DNA of 64,000 nucleotides, taken from positions 28,954,001-29,018,000 of the forward strand of contig CDPCPM010000010.1 of NCBI GenBank assembly GCA_976551045.1, read 5' to 3'. A program made the position numbers and the translations under genes. Numbering within the stretch: position 1 is the stretch's first letter; each line of letters begins with the position of its first letter. Below the pieces are notes generated by a model. The model did not search any database. It saw only the letters and a program-made list of their open reading frames with translations, and was not told where the DNA came from. This DNA is from Glaucostegus cemiculus. Its lineage: Eukaryota. This document shows, one piece after another, positions 12,053 through 23,526 of the stretch.

Positions 12053-14642
12053 ATTTGCTTCTCCCTTCCTCCTTATTATCTTTGTATTCCCCCAGTCCTA
12101 CTTCTGGGACTGCTGCTAATGAACTCACAGCAGCAAAACGTCCTTCAGCGTCTGCCATGCCTCTTCTTGTGGACTTCTGCCACTGGAAGCAACTGTACGA
12201 AGGAACTAAATTTGCAGAATCATCAAGAAGAAACCAAATAACAACTAACCTATAAAGGTTTGATGATCATTTAAATTAGATCTGATGTGTACGTGGCGAA
12301 GTGGGGTAGATTGTGGAGAAGTCCTTCCAGCTTATGAATTCAAGTCCAACCACGTTAGATTGAGAGAGAGAGAGTGCGCACTGGGGGCTCCAAGATGGCA
12401 GCACTGGTGTCAAGTTATGTATAAGGATTGTCTATGATTTGTCTACAAGTGTATTTGTTGCAGACATTCACTGGAAACACAAATGTACAATAGAATTCTG
12501 AAGTTCTAAGAGCACACATCATGCTTCAACATACAAGTTCTAACTATATCCCGATCTCTCACTAAGCCTCTCTTGATTATAAGTTACCAATTTCTTGCCA
12601 ATTAGAGAAAATGCTGGAATTACCCAGCATTTCATTGGAGAGAGAAACAAGAGTTCATCAGAACTATAACAGATATAAAACAAGACATAGGGTACAGAAA
12701 AAGACAGCAGGGAAAAAGAAAACAGGTGTGTGATGGGGTGGATGGCAGGAAAAATTAATGCAAAGTGAAAGAAGGTGGATTTGGAATATATAAGGTAACA
12801 AAATCTAAGTCTAAACTCAGAATGATTATCTAAAATTACCAGAGTACTGTTAAGTGAGTCTAGAAGTGAATATAAAAATATTAGAAATGCTGGTTATCTG
12901 AAATTTTTGAAATAATGCTAAAACACAAAGACTAAAATATGCTTGGTACAGGAATTGAAAATAGGTTTTGTATCAAAATCCTAAAGTCATTATAAAATTC
13001 TCTCTGGGATACAGTAACCAATGGAGTTCTGAGACATGACTATCTGACTTCTCCACTATTTGTAAAGCGTATTGAACAAGAGGTACCTTTGTAGTCAGAG
13101 AATTTTCAGGTCTCTCTATTTAGGTAACATATATGATATTTTGGAGGAGTTATATATTTCGGTAAATGATTTGAACATTAGCAGTGGTGCTTAATCAAAT
13201 GTAAGACAATAGATCTGGAAACATGCATGACATGAAAAAAGCCCAGTGTGCCATGAGACTCGATTAACCTAAACTCCACTAAAGCTCAATAAAGGCTTCC
13301 CCATACAGAGGAAATAGCATTCAAGTTTCAGGGCTGGATGAATCATCCAAAGATATTTTAAATAACTAGCAGAATGAAATCAAAATGATTGGGCTGAGGA
13401 AAGCATAACACACATTCCAAAGAACATCAATTTTCATGGAAGACACATATGCTTTAGGGTTCTCTGGAGGCAGAACGTGAACACTCTGAATGGGCATATT
13501 GGAAGAGTCTTGGATCTGTGAATGGATCTGGCCAAACCACAGACCCGCCACATGCATCTGATGACCAAAGACAGAGCAGAGAAAAATAAAACCAAAAATA
13601 ACTTTCTCAATGAAAGCAGGAACAATGCAGCTTGTGGCAGTAAAAGTAGAGATGGGACACATGTATCAAAGTACATTAATAGCACATTAAAGTCCCATTA
13701 AAATGGCAGAAAAAGAAAATAGATTTCTCATGCCAAATTAAAATAACCAAAAAAAATAGTGGGAAATAGTTTGCATTTAGCATACTGGATACAGAGATGT
13801 ACTGGAATGAGACTGGATTCTAAATCAGATGTCAATGTCAATAATGAGGCAGAATATGAACTCCAGTTTACACATTTCTTCAGCCTCAAACGGGTACATG
13901 TAGATGGAGAAAGGCCCAGGGGAGAAAAGTAAGATAATTCAATGCTTTGGAGGATTATACATTACAAACACAGGCAATTGAATTTACTTCTACTGGGAAA
14001 AGAGGACTGAAAGGAAACATGATATGGGTCTTTAGAGTAATGAAAGATGTAGATTATGTGGTAGAAGGAAGCAAACAATTCTCTGTTTCTGAGTGGAGAA
14101 ATTGATGGTACAGGCAAAAAAACACTAAACGTCAAGCATGACTTGAAATTAGAAAAATCTTTTTCTACATAATGCATAGGTAGAATAGAAAACCAGAGTT
14201 AACTAATACCTCAAAAAAATAATTTTATTAGGATCCATGGAGAAAGGGGATTCAGATATATAGATAATAGAGCTGGTAAGTCATTGGGGAGTAAAAAGAG
14301 ATTGCTAGGATCGTGTGTGTGACAACAGTAGATACACAGTAGATGTGGTTGTGCAATGCATATGGAATATAATGCTGGCCAGGGGCATGATCTCTTATCC
14401 TGTAATTTTTCAGTATTTGTGAGGTACTCTCAAAATAATCAGTATTTGCTGTATCTATTGATCTTTTTTGTTCCCACTGTTACTTTCCCATCTCTTTGAT
14501 ATTTCCTTATTGAGTCAATCGAATTGCCTTTTCATTTTCTGCTACTCCACTTTGTAGCTCCTGAGTGATGGCAAAATGGTTGAAAGGCTTGTCCCAGCAG
14601 CCAGAACATGGTTATTTGATGAATGTGTAGTTTCTATGCTGA

Positions 14643-14888
<246 letters not shown>

Positions 14889-17762
14889 TAACTAGTGTGG
14901 CAGTGACAAAGGATATTCTCTGGTCTGTATACAACTAGAGATTAGAAACAAAGAAATTATTTTTGGGAGATTTTCAACTACAATATTTATGGTACCTTTA
15001 AGGTGCCACTGGGCACTTTACAGGGGACTAATCCATCTATCAATGCCAAGAAGGAGATAATAGGTGGTCAAGGAGATAAGTTTCAAGAAGCTTCAGTGCA
15101 GGAGAAGGAAGTAAAATGGATTTAACAACAGAATTCTGAATTAAAGAATCTGGATGGCAGAAGAGAGAGGTATCATTGGGCTGGAGCATAAACAAAGAAA
15201 GTAACCCAAATAATGCAGAGTTTTTAATCTGTGGAGTACTAGAGAAGGCTATGGAGATAGAGAAAAATGAGATCTGGAAACTGTCCCTCATAGAAAATAA
15301 ATTATTATAAGAAAAATGGTATTCCAGTCGATATTTGGTTGAAATCAGCTTCAACTTTAATAAACCTTACCAGGAGAAATTGTTTCTGATACTGGACATG
15401 TTTAAGTAACTTAGCCCTAAATCCAGGTCATTATGGAAAACCTAGCATGTCCAATGTTTTGTTGCTTCGTTGGCACGGACACTATAGGTTGGAAATCAGT
15501 CCTGGCACTGAATATGGATATATAATTGTTACTGTGCATCCTTCCCCACTTCTGGACAAGGACAGATCTCTATCCATTAATGAGGACGTAATTCCTTTCA
15601 CCTCTTTCTTTTCTGTAATGAGAATAATGTGTTCAGGGCTGGAGATAGAAGCAGCCAATTTCTGTGCTGAGCAGACTGAAGTTTTCTGTTTTGAGCTTTC
15701 CAAGGATGTAGTTAGAAGTAGAATTAATCTCCATTTACTTAATCTCAGAAAAGCTTCTTTATCCCACTCAGTTGGGTCCTTCCTTTTCTAATCTAATCAT
15801 CCCTGTGCCTTCTTTATAATTAAAAATGCTTGTATCTCATTGCACTAAAATAGCTCTTCATTCAACAAATTAATTTTTCAGTACCTGGTTACATATGCAA
15901 ATGGAACAGCCATGCTGTGCCAGCAACATTACACAAGTAGCAATAAAAGTAGTGGCTAATTTTATTGTTGGTATTAACCAAGTATCTTTTCGAACTTAGC
16001 TTTGGTAAAACTGAATTATAGTCACATCATACTATGGAAATTGGGCTGTGATTCAAAAATTACTCCTTATATTAAGAGATCAATTGTAGCTAAAAAAATA
16101 ATTCATGCCCATCCCATCCCTTAGTGCTAAATCTGCATCCATGTAATGGAGGCACGTGGAAATTGGATCATCTAGACTTCTGGGTTAATCAGTTTTAATG
16201 CCAGGATTGATAACAAGGGAATATGTCCCAAAGTGATTTACAACAAATGAAGTAGTTGTGATGTGTGTTCACAATTGTGATGTTGGAAATTTAGCAGTCA
16301 TTTTGTGTCCACCAAATTCCTGGAACTGTGGAATATTGACCATATCTGTTTTAGTGATATTGATTGAGAGACAAATACTGGCCAGAATACCAGCAATAAC
16401 AATATTACATTTCTTTGAAATAACTATTTTATATCCATCTGAGGATAGAGGCAAGGTTCTGGTCTAAGATCTCATCTGAAATGCTTCTCCCCAGTAAAAT
16501 AGCCCTCCCTCAGTGCTGTACTGAAGTATCAGAAGATAGTTTTGTGCTCAAGCCATCTAGAGTGGAACCTAGTCATGCAGAAACCAGGGGTCAAAATTCC
16601 TTGGGTCACCATATATATTGTGAGCATGCAGGTCTTTTGTACAAAAATATTATTTGTAGTTTAATTCATAATTTTAAAAAAAATCAGTTGATGTTATAAT
16701 CCATGCGTGGGCAGTCAATTCTATTGGATTTCATAGCCATTGGATCAAATAGATGTTGACTCTGAAAGAAGTGAGTTCCTGGCACCAGTATCATTTTCCA
16801 ATAGTTGTTTGCTTGTTCTTAAATAATAGGTTGTTCTTTGGGATTATACCTAACAACAGAAATACATGGTTCAATGGAAGTTGCGTCAAAAAGTGTTACT
16901 TGGAGCCTGGATTTTTTTTGTAATTATAATCCCAAATGCCTCAGTGGACCAAAAGAGCAGCTACAGACAATAGCTTCACATGCCCTTCACCAGCTTTTTC
17001 ATGCACCATACAGTGACACAGAGGCTAGAGACTGAGTTCACAAGTTTGAGAGGAAGTCAATATGTAAGGCACATGGAGTGTCTAATGTGGAGTACTTGCT
17101 AGTTCCAGATAAAAAGCAGTAAGTAGGAAATTCAATAAATGTTCAACAACCTGGTGGCTTTCAATGCCAAAAGAGATGAAGCAACTGTCTATGCTGCCTG
17201 AAGCATAAGCTACTTCGTTCATGCATCCATGGCTGTCACATTGGTACAGATGATCTCTCAGCCAGTCTGGAAGAAGGGAGAGGCCAGTACATTGTTCATT
17301 TTGTTTGCCAGTAATGGAGATATCCCTCTGTTTCAAGTTGACTACAAATGGCCTTTGTAAAATGACAGAATTAATCTGCAAGTTTTTCTGGAATGAACTT
17401 GAGTCTCTGTTTCCACTGTCAAGTTTGTGCGCCAGGGCCAACAGGTACAGCTGGTAATAGAACTTCTGGTGAAGGTACCCCCACAATGTTATGGGTTGGG
17501 AGTTTCAGGATTTAGACCCAATAACTAGGAAGGAAGAAAAATATAGTTCCAAGTCAGATAGTGTGTGAATTACAGTGGAGTCTGCAAATAGTAACTGCTA
17601 CTCTTCTTCTCAATAAGAAATAGCATTGATTTCATACAGGAGAACGGGAACATGAAAACAGTTAGAATGAAAGAGTTTCAGTCAGCCACTTCCCTAACAG
17701 AGTGCTCTAGAAGACCATGATGTATTCTCTTCGGTTGCAACATTAGACTAAATCTCTCAGCA

Positions 17763-18002
17763 TTTTATGCCAGAGGGTCATGGATTTATGGAATTCATTG
17801 CCACATACAGCTGTGGAGGCCTGATCATTGGGGGTGTTTAAGAAGGAGATTGATGGGTATCTAATTAGTCAAGGTATCAAGGGATATGGGGAAAAGGCCA
17901 GAACTTAGGGCTAGGTGGAAATAGTTTAGCTCATGGTGAGGCAGCGGAGCAGACTTGATGGGCCAAATGGCCTACTTCTGCTCCTTATCTTGTGATCTTG
18001 TG
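17763..18002 (+). mobile_element. Short 3' copy of the ATCTTGTG-tailed CR1 family
   Basis: Matches the reverse complement of ~790-940, has the same GGAGCAGA..TCTGCTCC hairpin, and ends ATCTTGTGATCTTGTG. Confidence 0.9.
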
Positions 18003-18399
18003 AGGCCTTCTACTTTAATTCTGGGTTAGGTCCATGGCTGTTCCAATCCTTTCCTTGGTCCACCTCTGCCACCACAATGTCCAAATCAGAGTTGGAGTCG
18101 CTGGGTGCTGCTTCAGTGCCTGCCCTTGCTCTCTTCACATCATGTCTTACTGCATCCAGCAATAGTTGTAACCACTTCAAGAGATCCAGTCATGGCAGGA
18201 CAATGCACGAATAAGGTTCTGCTTTCCACTATGACAAGCAGGGTTACACATAGTTATTGCGCAAAGCCATGCTTAAAGCTCTGTGCATGGTGCTTTGCAT
18301 GTTGTGTATGCATGAAATTTATTCTCCTGCAGCTGGGAAACTAAACTGGCACTGGTGCCACATGCAGGGGCATTTTTGGATGCACAGTAAAATTTCCAG

Positions 18400-18846
18400 C
18401 CTATGGTATTTACTCTGTTTGTGCTCAGTATTTTTGTTGCAATTAGTAATTATGCAATGAGCATTTGGCATTTCCATTGTTTGTGCACAATACTTATGCC
18501 ACCCATGACTGGTATTTCAACAGGTTGAATGTAGAGCTTGTCTTGCTTGTTCTCAGTAATTCCATTTGAATGAGTTGTTTGTACTGTTTGTGTTAAATTA
18601 TTCTGCCACTTGTACACGGTACCTACTCTACTTTTGTTTGGTATTTATTCTGCTTATGCTCAAGTCTTTCCATTGCCTTACACATTATTTATGCCCTTTA
18701 TACTCAGTATAATCACTGCCTGAATACAGTATTTATATCATGGGCCTGGCCCTTCTAGTATAGGTGCATATGTCACTTCTGTTCAATACTTCTGTTGCAA
18801 TACTTATACTGCATGTGAGTCGTACTTCTGCTGATTGTACCCAGTT
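18400..18846. repeat. Decayed ~22-bp minisatellite, block 1
   Basis: Recurrent (CAG)TATTT..CTG(C/T)TTGTGC(A/T) units at ~21-23 bp spacing. Confidence 0.7.
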
Positions 18847-19559
18847 GTCTAGAAAATCAGTTAAGTAGGACATAAATTATTTGTGTTGTGCGACTGAAGT
18901 GTAAAATTGATGGTGAAGTAGAACCAGTACTTCCTGGCACACACATCATATATTATGGCTTTGAATCATACACTTGTACATGTGTGATTCACTTAGCACA
19001 AAGAAAACTGTATACAGAGCAGCAATGAAAAAAGAGAGCAGAGAAACAGTCCCTAATAAAAAGAACTAGGTTTGATCAGACACTCCTCAAAGGAACATCT
19101 CTCTTCTGCACCATTGTTAGGTAGTCTGTTGCAGGGACAAGAATGTATTCAGCTTCAGTGCAATGATGGACCAAGTTTCTCAGTAGATAGGGCCTTCTCC
19201 TTTCTTGTGGGCGCAGACTCAGATCATTTAAATCCTTTTCCAATGTGTCCAATCAAGCCGGGTGGAAGCTGGGTATTCGCTTCAATATCTATGCCGGCCC
19301 ACTTGATATAATACCACTCAAAGTCCTCCTCACTATACCCAGAAATAGTTACAGCCACTTGGAGAGGCCCAGTCAAAGCAGGGCGTTGCATGGGTAATTT
19401 TTTACTTTGCATGTGTTAATATGAACAATCACGCAAAATGCCCACAAAATGGCATTCTTATGTGAATGCTACTTTGCACATTGTATTTGCATGGAAATTA
19501 AAACAGCCAGGGACTAAAACTGGCGCAGTTCCCGATAGTGCTTTTTAAAAAGTGTTTAT

Positions 19560-21760
19560 GCATAATGTAGTTTTTAGTGCAGTATTTAATCAGCTTGTGT
19601 TCCGTATCTCCATTGCTTGCACACAGTGTTTATGCTGTTTGTGCTCTTTATTTCTACTACCTGTGTACAGTTATAATTTTGTTTGTGCTAAATATTTCCA
19701 CTGCCAGTGTACATGATTTACAACGTGCTTTGAATCTTTATTGCTTCTACCTGGTAGTTATGTCATGTGCTCTATAATTCCATTGTTTGTGCATAGGGCT
19801 TATATATTTACTACATTCAGTATTTCTGCTGTCTATGCACAATGTTTATACCGCTCATGTCCAGTATTTCAACAACTTGTACAATGTATTTGTACTGATT
19901 GTTGTCAATACTTCTCCTTGAATATGTTACTTATACAATTTCTGCAAAGTCATTCCGCTGCTTTTGCACAGTATTGACTCTGCTTTTGCTTAGTAATTTT
20001 ATTATCAGTGCACAATATTTATATTGCTTGTTCTCATTATTGCCGCAGCTTGTACAGTATGGATATCACTTCAAATCAATACTTACACTGCCTGTCAACA
20101 GTATCTATAATGCTCATCCAATTTATTTCTGCTGCCTTCACACAGAATTTATTACTATTTGTGCTCTGTTTTTCTGCAGAGTACCCAGTATTTATATCTT
20201 TTCGAACTCGGTGTATCCATCTGTTTGTGCACTGTATTAATAATGCTTATACTGCCTGTGTTTACATAGTATTTAAATGCTTGTTGCTATAGTTCTGCAC
20301 CATACTCAGTATTTATATACTTTGGGATCAGTATGACCAGCTGTTTGCACAGAGTATGGTCAAGACCTTGGTTGCCTCTGGTTGTTGTATTGTACTTATA
20401 CAGCTTGTGGACAGTATTTTGGTTGCTGTGCACATATTAATATTGCTTGTACTCATGGTTGCCACAGCTTTTGCAGTGTTAATATCACATGATCAATTTC
20501 TGCACTGCTTATATTTACATAAGTTGTGTGCTATTAGCATTGTCCATGCAGTATCTATACCAATTGTGCAGCTTGTACACATTATTTATGCTGTATATGC
20601 TCTCCATTTCCAGTGTTTGTACATAGTATTAAGAGCACTTTTTCTCATTGTGTTTACGATGCTTGTACTCAGTACTTTCATTGCTGGACAGTATATTTAC
20701 ATTTCCTCTGCTCACATTGTCACTGCCTTTCCACAACCTGAATGGAGTACTTATAATGCTTTTGCAAAGTATTTCTTCTTTTGTGTTCACTCTAGCCACC
20801 ACTTGTGAATTCTCTAGGACCGATATTTCTTTGGGGTGCATTTCCTCGAGCTAGACACCTACTGTTGCCTCTGGAGCATTAGATTAAAATCTACCCTATT
20901 CCATTGCTTCTGCCCAGCATATTGCTACTTTTACACAATAGTTACGTTGTTTGTACTCAGTATGCCTGCTGCTTATGTTTTATGCTTTTGTTGATGGTGT
21001 CCCTTATTTAAACAGCCTCTGCATGGGATTCTGCATGTGGCCAACATTCCGACTATTTATGCATCGTATACCTGCAGCCTTTTCAGTTTTCCCACTACCA
21101 TGCACAATATTGCATGTAATCTTTCCACTGCTGTGTATCGTGTTCCTGCTGTTTGTGTACAGAAATCCCAATGATTATTCTGACTATTCACACAGTGTGT
21201 GCACAATATCCCCACTGTTTAGCACATTAGTTCTACCAATTGTGCTCCCTCCTTCCAGAGTTTGTGCTCACTCCCTCATTTCATGTACCCAAGTTTTCAC
21301 TATTTCTGCTTCTTGTACCTGGTATTTCATTAACCCTGGATTATCACCAGTATGCCTATTAGTTTGTAAATCCTGGATCATCATTTGTGCCTGGTACTTC
21401 GGCTGGTTGTGTCCAACATTTTAACTTTTTGTGCTCAGTATGACTTTGTGTCCAACATTGGTTTTGCTACTTTGCCTGGTGTTTCTTTGTGGCTGAGTTC
21501 CCACTCCCTGTGCCTGAGATTCACATTAACATTACCTATGCCTGCTAATCATTGGATTTAATATTTCTGCTTCATCTGCCAGCTATTTTCTCTGCTTGTA
21601 TCCAGGATTTGATTCTGCCAAGGGCCTTGTTGTCCTTGGCCTGGATTTACCATGCTTGTGTCTTGTATTTCACAGCACCTGGTTTCCCTATTCTGCCTCT
21701 CACTGTGTCTAGTATTTGTTCTTCTGCTGTATTGTACTTGTTACTGCTTTATCCCAGTGT
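19560..21760. repeat. Decayed ~22-bp minisatellite, block 2 (consensus approximately CAGTATTTATACTGCTTGTGCA)
   Basis: Six consecutive 22-bp units begin at 19580, 19602, 19624, 19646, 19668 and 19690. The pattern continues with drift to ~21760. Confidence 0.85.
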
Positions 21761-23241
21761 TTCTGAGACAATATATTCAGGTTTGACATGGACTGTAGTC
21801 ATATAGGGCATGCATTACAAAGGGGATTAATTCTGATTTGAGCCAAAGGTGAAGCTCTGAATCAAAATTAGGGCCTGAATGAGTGTCTTTTGGAAATGAA
21901 CTGCCTGTGTTGCTGCTATTTATAACCTCACATTACAGAGATGACAGCTGGCATAAATCAGGAATCGACGCAAGGACAGCTCATTGTTCATCCACTATCG
22001 TATATAAATGGTTGGATGAGCAGACAAGGACATGAGAGCAAAGAGAGGATTAGAGTGAAAAATTATACAACATTTTTTAAATATGGAATGAGATAACACC
22101 ACAATGTGAAAACATTAGTCTGGGTCTTACAGTGATAGCACATGGGCTTATAAATTTGAATCTCAATCAGACAGAGGTCAAGCACAACCCCATAAGGATA
22201 AAAGATCAGTGGAATGTGAAATCTGGCAGACATTCTGTTGGATGAGAATGGGAAATAGAATGGGAATTGGGTCTAGATTGTGTAATGAGGACCAAAGGAC
22301 AGGGGAAAAATAACAAGTGCAAAGGAGACCATGTATTCAGTGATCATAACCACCACAGCTTGCCATAAAACTCCTGTGTATGGTAGTTGTGCTGCTTTAT
22401 CCCAGTATTTCTGAGACAATATATCCAGGTCTAACATGCATTGTAGGGTGTTCATATAGGGCGTTCAAAATAAAAATGCTGTCATCCAATTTGAAGGGAA
22501 GATACCTCACTGATTATAGCCCTCCATCAGCATTACTCTTCAAGCAATGACTGAAATGCCCTAATGATATAACAAGGCAGCAGGAGACAAAGATTGAGAA
22601 ATTTTGGATGTATTGCAAATTGATCCTTTTTTGAAGGAAAATATGTTAAAATGTGAGCTTGTGATTGAATAAAGAAAGGAGGCTTTGAACAGTTAACAGG
22701 AGTATTGATTGGTCAGCTAGAGTCTGCAATGAGATCTCATACCCAAAAATTAAGATATATTGATGGTGAAGGTGCTACAAAAAATGAGCAATATAATTTC
22801 TCACAATTAAGAAAAGGAAATGATATGGAGAGAAGGAGCCTTGAGGCAAATCGTAAATAGTTTTCCAAACTTGCTATTGGTTACAAATGAGTAACATGGA
22901 CATTTTCATTGTTGTTCTGTTAATCTCTGCCTACATGTTTGTTAATTACCTTCATCATACTTTGCTAAAGCAATTGTTTCAGTTCATTTTCTGGAACCAG
23001 TCTGGATTTTGGAAGTATTCAAAGTCAGATCAGGGCTCATAAGCCAAAAGAACCAGGGTTTCTCCAGATCACATTAATCCTGTCACTGTGTTTTAAGTCA
23101 TTATTTTCACCAATGGCAAGAAGCACCCAATTCACTGTGGGTTCTTGGAAACTTCTCATTTGGTGAAGGTTCATATGGCAGATATATCTTCACTCTAAGA
23201 CTTTCCCAGTGTACAAGCTAAATTCTTCTCATTTGTTCCAG

Positions 23242-23526
23242 GAGGATGAGGTAGTAGAAGGGCGTTTCAGTTTCACTGCGTATGGGATGGGACCTGCTTG
23301 CCTACAAGCTAAGGATGGAGTTGCCATTAAGGGCAATAATAACACGTCAAAGTCAAATTCACCACCGGCCAAAACGTCAGATGAGATGAGGAAACTTTTC
23401 ATCCACCGAGCAAAAAAGATTGACACGGTATCGCGAGTGGCTTTCCCTCTTGTCTTCCTGATTTTTAATATTTTCTACTGGGTGATCTATAAGATCGTGA
23501 GGAGTGAAGATATCCACAAAGACTAG
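23242..23526 (+). CDS. glra1: Glycine receptor alpha-1 terminal coding exon (M3-M4 loop, M4, stop TAG)
   Basis: gttccag| [26 protein letters not shown]...[60 protein letters not shown] is alpha1-type. Confidence 0.97.
   Translation, partial: EDEVVEGRFSFTAYGMGPACLQAKDGVAIKGNNNTSKSNSPPAKTSDEMRKLFIHRAKKIDTVSRVAFPLVFLIFNIFYWVIYKIVRSEDIHKD

Larger units (their letters stand above)
8480..12160. mobile_element. Decayed PIF/Harbinger DNA transposon (transposase remnant on -, possible Myb/SANT remnant on +), interrupted by later insertions; boundaries approximate
   Basis: HARBI1-like peptides on - at 10990-11125 and 11743-12052; APRISDASLD on + at 8544-8588. TIRs not found. Confidence 0.6.

Noticed and set aside
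19224-19412. ORF with EWYYIKWAG, reminiscent of a chromodomain YLVKWKG motif
   Set aside because: The downstream TWEP motif and other chromodomain residues are absent; probably chance.
18400-21760. CRISPR-like reading of the leader plus palindromic repeats
   Set aside because: Units are adjacent and degenerate with no unique spacers, there are no cas genes, and the context is a vertebrate intron.
19577-21806. Cluster of Cys/Leu/Tyr-rich ORFs of 66-157 aa resembling small membrane proteins
   Set aside because: They overlap in several frames and are by-products of the T/G-rich 22-bp repeat; no splice structure or family motif.
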